64,000 bases of DNA from Candidatus Nanopelagicales bacterium (GCA_049421205.1 JBMSMQ010000002.1:1313-65312), one strand, 5' to 3'. Shown: positions 51,431 through 62,601, counted from the stretch's first letter. Made by a program: numbers and translations. The notes: generated by a model from the sequence alone, not told the origin.

Positions 51431-52820
51431 ATTTGTTTTTGAGTTCTCTCACAATATCTGAGGACATAAGGCCTATCTCGCCCGCACCTAAAGTGAAGAT
51501 GAAATCACCAGGGGAAGCGTTTCTCGCGAGTAGGGCCGGAACTTTGGACCATGATGGCTCAAAATGAACGACGTTACTATCAAGAGGCACATTCGATGCG
51601 AGCGTTATTCCACTTGAGCCGGGAATGAATTCTTCACCCGGCGCAAAAACTTCCATCACTACAACTTCGTCTGCGAGCCCAAGAGATTCCCCAAACTCTT
51701 TTGAAAATAAAGCCGTTCTGTAATAGTGATGTGCTTGAAAAGCAACAATCAATTTGCCACTTTTCACTTTCTCTCGAGCTGCTGTTAATGTCGCGCGAAT
51801 CTCAGTTGGATGATGGGCGTAGTCATCATAGACCGAGACATTTGCAACTTTACCTTTCAATTCAAATCGACGGCTAGTTCCCGTAAATGATTCAATTCCT
51901 TTCACGAATCTACTCATATCAAGTTCAAGAAGGTGTGCTAACACGATGGTTGCTGATGCATTCAGAATGTTGTGTACACCAGGTATTTGCAGAGTGAAGT
52001 CAGCAATTATTCCGTCCTTACCGTGAACTTCGGCCGAATCACGAGAGATGTTGACTTGAAAATCGTTGTGGTCTGACATTCCATATGTCTGCACTTTGTT
52101 CAAGAGATTTGAATTTTCAAGAAGTATCTTCTTGATCCCTTCATCATCCCCATGAACCACACACTGATTTTGAGTTTTTGAAATGAATTCACAAAAAGCT
52201 GCTTCTAATTTTTCTAAAGTATGCCAATAGTTGAGATGATCTGCTTCTACATTTGTGATGATTCCGAACCCTGTCTGGAGCTGCAAAAAGGTGCCATCAG
52301 ATTCATCCGCCTCCACAGCAAAATATTTCCCACTTCCCCAATGCGCATTAGATCCAGCATCGTGAAGTTCACTTCCAACGACAAAACTAGGGTCCACACC
52401 AGCTGATTGCAAACCTAGGGTCAAGAGCGAAGTTGTCGTCGTCTTTCCGTGTGTTCCTGTGACAGATAAAACTTCAGTACCTTGAGTAACTTGGACAAGT
52501 AGTTCTGCCCGCGAAAGACTCCGTATACCTAATTCACCTGCAGTAACTCGTTCAATATTTGTAGTGGGTATTGCAGTGGAGTAACAAATCGTGTCGCAGA
52601 GAGGCACTCCACTTTCTCCAACAAGGTTTTCTCGCGTATGTCCAATGACAACGTCAATTCCAAGACTTCGAAGCTTCTGAATTCTTCGAGAATCCTTTGC
52701 ATCACTACCGCGAACAACTGCACCTTGGGCAAGCAAAATGCGTGCCAGAGCGCTCATTCCCGCTCCACCAATACCAACAATAAATACTGTACCAAGGGGA
52801 TGAACTGAATTGTTTATCAC
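51420..52820 (-). CDS. murC: UDP-N-acetylmuramate-L-alanine ligase
   Basis: Motifs GIGGAGMS and GTHGKTTTTS. Mur ligase middle and C-terminal domains. GTGA overlap with murG. Confidence 0.96.
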   Translation of the reverse strand: MINNSVHPLGTVFIVGIGGAGMSALARILLAQGAVVRGSDAKDSRRIQKLRSLGIDVVIGHTRENLVGESGVPLCDTICYSTAIPTTNIERVTAGELGIRSLSRAELLVQVTQGTEVLSVTGTHGKTTTTSLLTLGLQSAGVDPSFVVGSELHDAGSNAHWGSGKYFAVEADESDGTFLQLQTGFGIITNVEADHLNYWHTLEKLEAAFCEFISKTQNQCVVHGDDEGIKKILLENSNLLNKVQTYGMSDHNDFQVNISRDSAEVHGKDGIIADFTLQIPGVHNILNASATIVLAHLLELDMSRFVKGIESFTGTSRRFELKGKVANVSVYDDYAHHPTEIRATLTAAREKVKSGKLIVAFQAHHYYRTALFSKEFGESLGLADEVVVMEVFAPGEEFIPGSSGITLASNVPLDSNVVHFEPSWSKVPALLARNASPGDFIFTLGAGEIGLMSSDIVRELKNKYGE

Positions 52821-53872
52821 GATGCTACCTCGAATATCGAATCAGCAATCGTGGCTGTTGCATTGCGTGGAATTTCAGACGTACCTGCTACCTTCATTGA
52901 CTCAAGATTCATGAGTGCGTTCTGTATTTCTTTGAGAAGGGATTGAGGGTTCAGGTCTTTATCCAACAACATCCGAGCGGCACCCTGTGACACCCGTGAC
53001 TGAGCATTTTTTTCTTGCTCGCCATTGCCAGTTGGAAAAGGAATGAAAATAGCAGGTGTATTTGTCGCTGAGACTTCTGCAACAGTGAGAGCACCCGCGC
53101 GGCAAACTACAAGATCTGCAACGGCATAAGTCAGAGACATATCACCGACATATTCAAAGTAATGATGACGTTCAATATCCCTCATTTGATCGGCGTTCTT
53201 ATTTCCAACAATATGTAGCAGTTGAATATTGTCTGCTGTTAATTGATCCGAAATAGCGTTGACCACCTCATTGATATGACGAGCTCCTTGCGAACCACCG
53301 AAAACAAGAATTGTTCTGCGCCCTGGGTCGACTTCAAATTCCTTCTGTGCAACTCGGCGTAATTCATTGGGTTCAAAATTGTTATAAATAGACCGAAGTG
53401 GAATTCCAACGGTCTCTGCCCCTGAAAGCGAATCATCTACCGCTTGAAATTTTCTTTTCGCTATTCGCGCACCTATTTGATTGGCAATTCCTGCCTTAGC
53501 ATTAGCCTCATGAATCACGAGTGGGATTCTTAAAATGCGACTTGCAATATACATCGGTAATGCTACGAAGCTACCAAAGCCAACAATCGAATTTGGCCGA
53601 TAACGTTTACATATACGTACGCTTTGCAACAGTGCTATTGAGAGTTTAAATGGAAAAATTAAGGCTGATAAATTGAGAGATCGAGGAAGTGGAACTGGAG
53701 TAATAAGGTGCAATGCAAAGCCGGCTCCACTGATAAGTTGCTGATCGAGTCCTCGTGTTGTTCCAACAAATTCAACCTCAGCCCCTTTGCTTATCAATCT
53801 GTATGCAACGTTTAAAGCTGGTTCAAGATGTCCCGCTGTTGCACCACCACAGATAAGAACCTTAACCGACAT
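52817..53872 (-). CDS. murG: undecaprenyldiphospho-muramoylpentapeptide beta-N-acetylglucosaminyltransferase
   Basis: Motifs GGATAGH, FGGSQGA and the C-terminal GNGEQ region. 351 aa. Confidence 0.95.
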   Translation of the reverse strand: MSVKVLICGGATAGHLEPALNVAYRLISKGAEVEFVGTTRGLDQQLISGAGFALHLITPVPLPRSLNLSALIFPFKLSIALLQSVRICKRYRPNSIVGFGSFVALPMYIASRILRIPLVIHEANAKAGIANQIGARIAKRKFQAVDDSLSGAETVGIPLRSIYNNFEPNELRRVAQKEFEVDPGRRTILVFGGSQGARHINEVVNAISDQLTADNIQLLHIVGNKNADQMRDIERHHYFEYVGDMSLTYAVADLVVCRAGALTVAEVSATNTPAIFIPFPTGNGEQEKNAQSRVSQGAARMLLDKDLNPQSLLKEIQNALMNLESMKVAGTSEIPRNATATIADSIFEVAS

Positions 53873-55003
53873 CTACTCTGTCTCACTTATATTTTGTTTC
53901 GCAATCGCTACGACTACGCCCATAGCCATTAAATTCACAATCATGGCAGATCCTCCATAAGAAATGAAAGGCAAAGGCACACCAGTGATGGGCAAGAACT
54001 GCACAATTGCGCCCACGTTGACAAATGTTTGAATTCCAAACCACATTGCTATTCCGTAAGCAACCATTTGTGAAAACATATCTTTAGATCGAATTGCAAT
54101 CGTCAGAATGGTCAAAACAAGTACCAGTAACCCGCCTAACACAATCATGGTACCAATTAATCCGAGCTCTTCACCAATCACCGCGAGAATGAAATCTGTG
54201 TGTGGAGCCGGAAGGTTTCCCCATTTTTCGTGGGATTGGCCAAGCCCCTTGCCCATTAATCCGCCCTGCGCCAAAGCAAGTTGACCTCGCAAAAATTGCC
54301 AGCCGAGGGATATCGGATGATCTTCTGGCGCAAGCCAGGCTTGGAATCTGTTTACTCGATAGTCGCTACCCATAAATGAATACAACACGACGAATAGCCC
54401 TGATAGAAATGCGAATGAAAGAATGTGTCGAATTGCTACACCGTGAGCGAAATAAATCGCAAGCAAAATGCTGCCGAGAATTATCGGAGTACCCATATCG
54501 CGCTCAGCCACCACGAGACCGATAATGACTACCCCAACGATGGTAGCGCTAATAATCGCCTTGTTCTCTTCCTGTTGTTTGTGGGAATTAGCGGCAATGG
54601 CACTTGCTGCCCACAGAACTAAAGCAAATTTGGCAAATTCACTTGGTTGTAATGAAAATCCAAAAGGGAGCGAGATCCAATTCTTCTGCCCAGCAACCGT
54701 GTCCCCAATTATTAATACTGCCACAAGTAATACAAACGTAACCACAATAAACAAGGAACTCAATCGGCGAATCTGTTTTAGTGAACGCGTCAACAGGGCA
54801 TACATACAAATCAGCCCGACACCAATTGCCGCGAAATGTCGGACGGCATACCCCCAGGCAAAACCATAGTCTTTAACCGCCTGGATGCTACTAGCCGAAA
54901 CCACCATAATTGCACCAAAAGCCAATAACACAAGCAGTGTGGTAACAAGCGTGTAATAGTCACGAATTGCTCGCTGATGAGCGCTATTAGTTTGCGTTTT
55001 CAT
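53873..55003 (-). CDS. ftsW: SEDS-family cell division protein FtsW (peptidoglycan glycosyltransferase)
   Basis: 376 aa with about 10 TM segments. Motifs QPSEFAK, HTDFI and PFISYGGS. dcw position. Confidence 0.93.
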   Translation of the reverse strand: MKTQTNSAHQRAIRDYYTLVTTLLVLLAFGAIMVVSASSIQAVKDYGFAWGYAVRHFAAIGVGLICMYALLTRSLKQIRRLSSLFIVVTFVLLVAVLIIGDTVAGQKNWISLPFGFSLQPSEFAKFALVLWAASAIAANSHKQQEENKAIISATIVGVVIIGLVVAERDMGTPIILGSILLAIYFAHGVAIRHILSFAFLSGLFVVLYSFMGSDYRVNRFQAWLAPEDHPISLGWQFLRGQLALAQGGLMGKGLGQSHEKWGNLPAPHTDFILAVIGEELGLIGTMIVLGGLLVLVLTILTIAIRSKDMFSQMVAYGIAMWFGIQTFVNVGAIVQFLPITGVPLPFISYGGSAMIVNLMAMGVVVAIAKQNISETE

Positions 55004-56428
55004 TTATACAAGTTCCTTCACAGCTTGTTCAAAAATTTCTCCACGACGGGCGTAATTGTCAAACATGTCCCATGATGCACAGGCTGGTGCGAGTAAAACG
55101 ACATCGTTTGATGTTGCAATACTTCTTGCTAATGTCACAGCTTGAACTAATGAATTCGCAGCTAACTCTGCAATTCGATGAATCGTCAACTGTGGAGAGT
55201 ATTTCAGTAACGCTGAGGCTATCTGCTCCTGATCTCTACCAATCAGTATGACTGCCTTGAGGTATTTTGAAACCTTTCTTGCGAGTTCGTCGAAATCTTG
55301 GTTCTTCGCATCGCCTCCGGCAAGCCAAATGATATTGTCAAACGACAATAGCGAGGTTTGAGCAGCATGTGCATTTGTTGCTTTCGAGTCATTGATGTAT
55401 TTCACGCCATCTAATTCCCGGACAAGAGAAACTCGATGTGGGGCGGGCTTAAAGTTCAACAACCCCAATTTGATCGCTTCAACAGAAACTCCATATGAGC
55501 GAGCTAACGTGATAGCAGCAAGTGCATTTGCAACATTATGGATACCGGATGGTTTTACTTCATCAACATTACAAATTTCAAGTGCGTGTGTTGAACGATT
55601 TTCAATAAAAGCACGGTCAACGATAATCTCTTCAACAACACCAACTTCACTCCTGTCGGGTGTGGTGAGTGTAAAACCTATTGCTCGACATCCCTCTTTT
55701 ACATCTGCCTCTTCGACCATATGAATCGTCGCTTCATCTTGGGCGTTATAAATCGCTGCGTACTGAGTCCTTTCATACACGCGAGCTTTCGTTTCTTTGT
55801 AGGTATTGAAATCGCCGAAGAGGTCGATGTGATCTTCTGCGATGTTCAAACAAACCGATGAATAGGGTTCCATTGAATACACAAAAGGTAACTGGGGCGC
55901 ACCGACTTCAACTGCAATGACGTCATATCCAGCTGGATCCATGACTACTTCAATAAGGCTATGACCGATATTGCCAGCAGCCGTTGATCGAAGACCCGAA
56001 GCACGCAAGATGCTTTCTAACATCAATGTCGTTGTTGTTTTGCCATTCGTACCAGTTATACAGAGCCAATCGGCAGCATCTTTGTTTCGAAGTCGCCACG
56101 CTAACTCAAGTTCACCCCAAATAGTGATTCCACGTTGCTTCGCTGCTTCAGTAATACGATGTTGCGGGTGAATTCCAGGTGAAACAATGACAAGATCACA
56201 GATTTCTGGGAGCGAAAATGGTTCCCCAATGCGCACTGTGACATTGAGAAATTCTAGTAATTTTGCTTTGTCTTCTAATTGTGATGACGCTCCTTCATCG
56301 AGTGCAGTTACCTTTGCTCCGAGAAATGCTAGGTTGTCAGCGGCTGCATATCCTGCAATGCCTAAACCAAGAACTGTGACATGAATATCTTTCCAGTCAC
56401 TCTCTCGTTGTAATGAATCAATTGTCAC
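55004..56428 (-). CDS. murD: UDP-N-acetylmuramoylalanine-D-glutamate ligase
   Basis: Motifs VLGLGIAG and ITGTNGKTTT. GTG at 56428 forms a GTGA overlap with the mraY stop. The track start at 56494 lies inside mraY. Confidence 0.93.
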   Translation of the reverse strand: MTIDSLQRESDWKDIHVTVLGLGIAGYAAADNLAFLGAKVTALDEGASSQLEDKAKLLEFLNVTVRIGEPFSLPEICDLVIVSPGIHPQHRITEAAKQRGITIWGELELAWRLRNKDAADWLCITGTNGKTTTTLMLESILRASGLRSTAAGNIGHSLIEVVMDPAGYDVIAVEVGAPQLPFVYSMEPYSSVCLNIAEDHIDLFGDFNTYKETKARVYERTQYAAIYNAQDEATIHMVEEADVKEGCRAIGFTLTTPDRSEVGVVEEIIVDRAFIENRSTHALEICNVDEVKPSGIHNVANALAAITLARSYGVSVEAIKLGLLNFKPAPHRVSLVRELDGVKYINDSKATNAHAAQTSLLSFDNIIWLAGGDAKNQDFDELARKVSKYLKAVILIGRDQEQIASALLKYSPQLTIHRIAELAANSLVQAVTLARSIATSNDVVLLAPACASWDMFDNYARRGEIFEQAVKELV

Positions 56429-57513
56429 TGACGAACCCACTCGCTGTAGAAAAGCCCGACACCGAGAGCTACCAACACACCTTGAATTAACCAAAATCGA
56501 ACAACAATCGTGATCTCATGCCAACCAAGGATTTCAAAATGATGATGAAGAGGAGCCATTTTGAAAAATCTTTTTCCAGAAGTTCTAAAGACCACAATTT
56601 GTATGATCGAACTCAGAGTGATTATGACAAAGAGGCCTGCGATAAAAGGAAGCAACAATTGAGTTTTGGACATAATGGCAAGTGATGCTAATCCACCACC
56701 AATTGCGAGTGAACCAGTATCACCCATAATTATTCGTGCAGGTGATGTGTTGTGCCAAAGAAAACCAAACAGTGCTCCAGTAAAGGCTGCTGCAAAAACT
56801 GCGAGGTCAAATGGGTCGGCCACGTTGTAGCAACGTGGAGACAATTCATACTGGCAGAGTTGACCGTATTGCCAAAGTGATATGACTGTGTATGCGCCAA
56901 ACGACATTACGGCAGCTCCTGTTGCTAAGCCATCAAGGCCATCCGTCAAATTCACAGCGTTTGTCGTGGCAGTGAAGAGAAAAAGCACCCAAAGAATGAA
57001 GATGAGAAAGGGTAGGGACCATGCTGTATCTCTTACAATTGAAATTGCCTGACTTGCAGGTGCCATCACTGAATTTGATGGATTGAAAATACCTGGATCT
57101 GGATTTTGTAACGCAAGAAAAGCAAATGAAATTGCAATTACTGCTTGACCAATAAGTTTTGAACTCTTCCTAATTCCCATACTTCGTTGTTTGAAGACTT
57201 TGAGATAATCATCAGCAAAACCAACGAGTCCAAAACCAAGAGTGACAAAAATAGCAAGATACGCAGCATAGGAAGGAGCACGTAACGTAATGATGTGTGC
57301 GGCGATATATCCAATCAGCATAGAGAAGAGAATGACTGCCCCACCCATGCCTGGCGTGCCAACCTTATGTTGATGATCTGGATATTGAACACGATCGTCA
57401 CTTTCTCGAATCGCCTGAGCTAATCCCCTTGCACGCAAATAATTCGCAAACAAAGGTGTTAGAACAAAAGAAAGAAATAATGCGATTCCGCCAGCAATGA
57501 GAACCAACCTCAT
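56425..57513 (-). CDS. mraY: phospho-N-acetylmuramoyl-pentapeptide transferase
   Basis: Polytopic protein with NAVNLTDGLDGLA, GDTGSL and PLHHHFE. ATGA overlap with murF. Confidence 0.97.
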   Translation of the reverse strand: MRLVLIAGGIALFLSFVLTPLFANYLRARGLAQAIRESDDRVQYPDHQHKVGTPGMGGAVILFSMLIGYIAAHIITLRAPSYAAYLAIFVTLGFGLVGFADDYLKVFKQRSMGIRKSSKLIGQAVIAISFAFLALQNPDPGIFNPSNSVMAPASQAISIVRDTAWSLPFLIFILWVLFLFTATTNAVNLTDGLDGLATGAAVMSFGAYTVISLWQYGQLCQYELSPRCYNVADPFDLAVFAAAFTGALFGFLWHNTSPARIIMGDTGSLAIGGGLASLAIMSKTQLLLPFIAGLFVIITLSSIIQIVVFRTSGKRFFKMAPLHHHFEILGWHEITIVVRFWLIQGVLVALGVGLFYSEWVRQ

Positions 57514-58895
57514 GGCGACATATTCTTCCCGCCAAAGTGATTTTCAAGTGCCATCGCCACGCGTTCAAGTCCAACTGCGCGCGAAGCCTTGATGAAGACA
57601 ACATCACCTGGTTGAACTTCATGAATCAATACGTCAATTGCTTGCTCTACGGTCTCAGCAAAAATCGATTCTTGATTCCAAGAACCTTCAAGGCTCGCGC
57701 CAAGTTGAATACTTCGCGCGGATTGCCCAACAGCGAGGGTTTTGGAGACATCAAGTCGAACACATAACCTACCTAGTGCATCGTGTTCCTCCAAGGAGGT
57801 TTCACCAAGTTCGAGCATCTCACCCAGCACCGCCCAAGTTCTTCTCTTCTTCGCATAGTCTTTTAACGCTCTTAAACCAGCCCTCATCGATTCAGGGTTT
57901 GCGTTGTAAGCATCGTTAATGACTGTAATGTCGTTTTGAAGTTCAATAATTTGCATCCTCCACTTCTCGGAATCTTTACATCCAGAGAGTGACTGTAAAG
58001 CGCGAGGGAGATCGAGTTTGAGTGCGCCTATGACTGCAATGACTGCTGCAGCATTTAGCATTTGGTGTTCTCCAACTCTTGGAATGGTGAGATTGGTAGT
58101 TTCACCATGTATCTTGATATTCGAAGATGGAAAACCATTTTCAGAAATACTCAAATCTTCTATACAGACATTTGCAGAGGTTGATTGCCCAAAGAACACC
58201 ATAGGAGTTTCTAAATTTGAGCCCAATTCAACCAGTCGAGCATCGTCTGCGGATGTGATTTTTATTTTCGGTTCTACCATATTATGGAAGATTTCAGATT
58301 TTGCTTTTAGGATATTTTCTCTGCTACCTAGTTCAGAGAGATGAGCACTCCCTGCATTGAGCAGAACCGAAACGTTTGGGGACGCTATCTTTGTCAGGTA
58401 GTCAATCTGTCCTAAACCTCGCATTCCCATCTCCAAGATCAGGAAATCAGTACTTGAATCTGCTTGCAGAATCGTAAGCGGAACACCTATTTCATTATTG
58501 AGCGAACGTTCACTTTTCACAACCAAACCAAATGGTGAAAGCGCACAGGCCATCAAATCTTTGGTACTTGTCTTTCCACTTGATCCAGTAATAGCAATTA
58601 CAGTTGCTGGTAATGACTTGCGATAGGTGGCAGCAATTTGACCCAGAGCAATCAGCGTATTAGAAACGTGAATATGCGTGCCAGGTACTGGTCTTGACAC
58701 CAATACGGCTACAGCACCTTTTGAAATTGCATCTTCTACAAAATCATGCCCATCAAAGTTTGATCCGTGTAATGCGATAAAGAGTGCCCCGGGTTTAAGG
58801 TTTCGGGAATCTGTTGCAATACTCGTGATGTCAGCATCACTTCCCGATAGTGTTCCCTCGACAATTGATGCGATTTCGGTTAGTGAGAATTTCAT
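57510..58895 (-). CDS. murF: UDP-N-acetylmuramoyl-tripeptide-D-alanyl-D-alanine ligase
   Basis: Motifs ITGSSGKTSTK and DAYNANP. ATGA overlap with murE. Confidence 0.95.
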   Translation of the reverse strand: MKFSLTEIASIVEGTLSGSDADITSIATDSRNLKPGALFIALHGSNFDGHDFVEDAISKGAVAVLVSRPVPGTHIHVSNTLIALGQIAATYRKSLPATVIAITGSSGKTSTKDLMACALSPFGLVVKSERSLNNEIGVPLTILQADSSTDFLILEMGMRGLGQIDYLTKIASPNVSVLLNAGSAHLSELGSRENILKAKSEIFHNMVEPKIKITSADDARLVELGSNLETPMVFFGQSTSANVCIEDLSISENGFPSSNIKIHGETTNLTIPRVGEHQMLNAAAVIAVIGALKLDLPRALQSLSGCKDSEKWRMQIIELQNDITVINDAYNANPESMRAGLRALKDYAKKRRTWAVLGEMLELGETSLEEHDALGRLCVRLDVSKTLAVGQSARSIQLGASLEGSWNQESIFAETVEQAIDVLIHEVQPGDVVFIKASRAVGLERVAMALENHFGGKNMSP

Positions 58896-60352
58896 GCGAT
58901 ATGTGCATTCAGAGCTTCAATTGCCACTTGACTATCGTCAAATGGATGGACAAATCCCTGAATCTCCTGACCTATTTCGTGACCTTTTCCTAGGATCATG
59001 ATGCAATCTCCAGGTGACGCATGCTTGATTGCGTAATGGATCGCCGCTTGCCTATCTCCAATCTCGATTACATAGTCGTCTTTTGTTACGTCAGAAAGCA
59101 TTTGTTCCCGAATTGCATTCGCGTCTTCAGTGCGCGGATTGTCATCGGTTGCCACGAAGATATCTGAATTAGAAGCTGCAATCTTTCCCATCAGTGGACG
59201 TTTTGCACTGTCGCGATCTCCCCCACATCCAAGCACAGTAATAATCTTGCGATCTCCTGCTATTTCCCTACCAATTTTCAGGACTTGCTCTACTGCATCA
59301 GGCGAATGAGCGTAGTCGACAATCACAGTGAAATCTTGTCCGATATCAATTCGCTCAAGTCGCCCCTTAACACTTGTATATGCAAGACTGGATACGACAC
59401 TGGAGCGATCGAGATTGAGAAATTCTCCACAAGCCAATGTTGCGATTGCGTTGGCGGCGTTAAAAACACCAGGAATGGAAATCTGTGCCTCAATTGATGC
59501 ACCGTCATTGATGATTTCAATATCTGCCACTCCAATATTGGTTGCAGCGTATTTATTTAGAATCCAATTGGCTTTGGGCTGATTTGTTGTGTAGGTAATA
59601 ACTGGAATTTGTATTTCGCTCTGAAGTCGACGACCCCATTCGTCATCAATGCAAATAATTGCACACTTTGAATGTGCTGGATCAAATAATTGCTTCTTTG
59701 CTTGATAATAGTCTTCCATCGTGTGGTGAAAGTCCAGATGATCAGGACTTAGGCCAGTGAATACGGCGACATCAAATGTAATTCCAGCAACTCGATTTAG
59801 GACTAAAGCATGTGAAGATACCTCCATAACTACTGAGTCTGCACCATTCGATTTTGCATGGCTTACTTCTTCATAGAGCGCAACTGATTCCGGAGTTGTC
59901 CTTGCAGATTTTGTATATTCGTTTTTTAATCGAAAACCTAGAGTTCCTATGAGTAATGGAGTGAATGAGTTTGCCTGCAAAGCATTTGCAATCATATGTG
60001 TCGTGGTAGTTTTTCCATTCGTACCTGTCACTCCAATGGTCAAAAGCGAACTGAAGGGATTGCCGTAAATTACTCGTGCAAAGAACGCCATTGAAAGTCG
60101 TGGATCTTCAACAACAATTATTGGCACTTCTGTGAGAATCTGGCTTGCTCCATTCACATCAGTCAGGATTGCAACTGCACCATTGTCAATCGCACTAGAT
60201 GCAAATTCAATCCCATGATGGCGGGCACCAGGAAGTGCAGCAAAGATGTTTCCTTGTTGAATCTCAATATGATTATTCGAAATACCTGTAACATCAAGAT
60301 CATTCTCGAGCATAGGAAGTCCACACGTTTCTAGGACCTCGTTAAGTCTCAT
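58892..60352 (-). CDS. murE: UDP-N-acetylmuramoyl-L-alanyl-D-glutamate-2,6-diaminopimelate ligase
   Basis: Motifs GVTGTNGKTTTT and DYAH. The DNPR motif (ATDDNPRTED) is associated with meso-DAP specificity. ATG at 60352; the track starts at TTG 60358. Confidence 0.94.
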   Translation of the reverse strand: MRLNEVLETCGLPMLENDLDVTGISNNHIEIQQGNIFAALPGARHHGIEFASSAIDNGAVAILTDVNGASQILTEVPIIVVEDPRLSMAFFARVIYGNPFSSLLTIGVTGTNGKTTTTHMIANALQANSFTPLLIGTLGFRLKNEYTKSARTTPESVALYEEVSHAKSNGADSVVMEVSSHALVLNRVAGITFDVAVFTGLSPDHLDFHHTMEDYYQAKKQLFDPAHSKCAIICIDDEWGRRLQSEIQIPVITYTTNQPKANWILNKYAATNIGVADIEIINDGASIEAQISIPGVFNAANAIATLACGEFLNLDRSSVVSSLAYTSVKGRLERIDIGQDFTVIVDYAHSPDAVEQVLKIGREIAGDRKIITVLGCGGDRDSAKRPLMGKIAASNSDIFVATDDNPRTEDANAIREQMLSDVTKDDYVIEIGDRQAAIHYAIKHASPGDCIMILGKGHEIGQEIQGFVHPFDDSQVAIEALNAHIA

Positions 60353-60358
60353 ACTCAA

Positions 60359-62104
60359 TCACCACTTCAATCGTAGTTTAGGCATTTTGCTACCTGTTGG
60401 TGGAATCCTCAGTTGTTGTAACGCAAAACTTGTGACTTTCTTGAAGACTGGTCCGGCAAGTGCACCACCGTAAATACCACTTTGTGGACGATCAAGAAAC
60501 ACTCCAACAACTAATTCTGGGTTATCTGAAGGTGCGATTCCAATGAATGACGCTATGTAACCTTTATAACATCCACATTCAGTATCGAAAGCTTGTGCTG
60601 TTCCAGTCTTTCCGGATATTCGATACCGTGGAATCTTTGCCTGCGGAGCAGTTCCCTTTGAAGTTACTACGTATTCCATCATGTTACGTATGGTTGAGGC
60701 CGTTTGCCGAGATACAACTTGAATCGGTTCATTCTTTGGTAAGGGGTCGAATCGACCACTTCCATCTTGAATACTTTGAATAATGGTTGGCTGGACACGC
60801 ATTCCATCATTTGCAATTGTTGCAAAAATACTTGTAGCTTGTAGTGCATTCAGGCTGTACCCCTGCCCAAAAGACAACGTCGGCTTTGTGGTTCCAGACC
60901 ATTGAGAAACCGAAAGGAGTGATCCACTACTTTCAGCTGGTAATTGAACGTTAGTTTTCTTTCCAATTCCAAATTTACTTAGGTAGTTATGAAACACTGT
61001 GTCTGACAGTTTTTCGCTCACCAATATTGATCCAATGTTGCTCGAATGAGCCATGATTCCTGTGAGCGTCAGTTTAAGTCCACCATGAGCATGTGCATCT
61101 GTAAACCTCTTATCACCGCGACGAAGTCCCGCAGGAATTCTGAATTTGCTGGTAGCAGTAACTTTTCCTTCTTCAAGTGCAGCCGCCAATGTGATGACTT
61201 TGCCAGTACTACCTGGTTCAAAGGCATCACTGACCGCGCGGTTACCTAGTAGCGAAGAGTCAGCACCATATATGTTATTTGGATCAAATGTTGGCGCAGT
61301 TGCCATAGCAAGAATTTCACCGCTCTTCGGATTCATCACAATGACTACGCCACTCTTAGCTCGCGTTGCCTTTACTTGTGCAGCAATTGCTTCCTGTGCG
61401 TACCATTGAATATCTCTATCAAGAGTGAGTTTGATATGTTGTCCATCAATTGCCTGAACGAGTGATTGATCTGCAGTTGATAGACCAGGAACAGTTGAAA
61501 ATGTCCTCTGCCCATCGACTCCGCTGAGTATGCCTTGCATTGAATATTCAAGCCCACCAAGTCCAACACCTTCTGAGTTCACAAAACCAAGCACATTGGC
61601 AGCAAGCTGACCTTCTGGGTAACTACGTGTGAGACTGCGCTCACTGAAGATTCCCGGTAACTGCAATTGTTCGATTTTTTCCCATTGGCTTGGGGTCACA
61701 TTTCGAGAAATGACGCTATAACGTCTTTCCCCTGACAGTCTCTCAGTGATAAGTGCCGCATCTTGTCCAGTAATGTTCGCAATCAATAATCCTTGAGATT
61801 TAGGGTCGCGAACAAGTGTTTGATCCGCTATGACATTTCGTGAATCAACCGTCATAGCAAGTGTGTTGCCATTTCGATCGAGTATTTGTCCGCGACTTGC
61901 TTGGATTGCCACAGTTTGCGTCTCAGAACTCACCGGAACTTGTATGTCTCCAGGGTTTGTCAGCGCTTGGGCTTGCACCATTCCAAAGATGAGGCTCGAT
62001 ATTGTTAAGAGCATTATTGCGCGAGAAAGTTTCAGTCTGCGTTCAATTGTTCTGCGCATAGGTGTTGCTGAGTGCGAATAATCGACTTTTAGTTGAGTTT
62101 TCAT
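60359..62104 (-). CDS. ftsI: class B penicillin-binding protein, division transpeptidase
   Basis: N-terminal TM segment and PBP dimerisation domain. Transpeptidase motifs STGK (PGSTGKV), SSN (HSSNIG) and KTGT (SGKTGTA). ATGA overlap with ftsL. Confidence 0.94.
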   Translation of the reverse strand: MKTQLKVDYSHSATPMRRTIERRLKLSRAIMLLTISSLIFGMVQAQALTNPGDIQVPVSSETQTVAIQASRGQILDRNGNTLAMTVDSRNVIADQTLVRDPKSQGLLIANITGQDAALITERLSGERRYSVISRNVTPSQWEKIEQLQLPGIFSERSLTRSYPEGQLAANVLGFVNSEGVGLGGLEYSMQGILSGVDGQRTFSTVPGLSTADQSLVQAIDGQHIKLTLDRDIQWYAQEAIAAQVKATRAKSGVVIVMNPKSGEILAMATAPTFDPNNIYGADSSLLGNRAVSDAFEPGSTGKVITLAAALEEGKVTATSKFRIPAGLRRGDKRFTDAHAHGGLKLTLTGIMAHSSNIGSILVSEKLSDTVFHNYLSKFGIGKKTNVQLPAESSGSLLSVSQWSGTTKPTLSFGQGYSLNALQATSIFATIANDGMRVQPTIIQSIQDGSGRFDPLPKNEPIQVVSRQTASTIRNMMEYVVTSKGTAPQAKIPRYRISGKTGTAQAFDTECGCYKGYIASFIGIAPSDNPELVVGVFLDRPQSGIYGGALAGPVFKKVTSFALQQLRIPPTGSKMPKLRLKW

Positions 62105-62601
62105 TGATTTGCTCGATTCACCAGCACTGCCGAGTCATCGGTAGGTATCTGTGACGTATGAAGTGGCCTTGAACCACTTGGCGTTAACTCAATGTCAGTT
62201 AAATCAGTTGTCGGCACATTTCCTAGCGGAGACACAAATGATCGAGCACCAGAACGTTTACCGAGAATCTCGCCGTCTTTCAAGCGAAGGAATACTGGGT
62301 TTTCCATTGGAACCATACCTAATCGGCGAGCTCGTTCCGAAAGTGTTGCAGGTGCTGCCATGACGCTGAGCTGCTGTTGTAATGCCTGAACCTCAGCTGC
62401 CGAATTTCTCGTTTGCAAAAGTAACTGCTGTTCAGTAAAGGCACCCTGGCTCAAAATTGTTTGCACACCAAGATTTGCCATAACTCCACACGCGATGAGA
62501 AATGCAATGAATCCGATGAAACCACGAGAACCCATTTGCTTGTCGTTTGTAATGACACTCAAATTTCGAATTGGAAGAACAACATCTTCAAGTGCGCTCA
62601 T
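62101..62601 (-). CDS. ftsL: FtsL-like septation membrane protein
   Basis: 166 aa from ATG 62601 (ATGA overlap with the rsmH stop). Single TM segment (FIGFIAFLIACGVMANLGV) followed by a coiled region. Slot between rsmH and ftsI. No enzymatic motifs. Confidence 0.7.
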   Translation of the reverse strand: MSALEDVVLPIRNLSVITNDKQMGSRGFIGFIAFLIACGVMANLGVQTILSQGAFTEQQLLLQTRNSAAEVQALQQQLSVMAAPATLSERARRLGMVPMENPVFLRLKDGEILGKRSGARSFVSPLGNVPTTDLTDIELTPSGSRPLHTSQIPTDDSAVLVNRANQ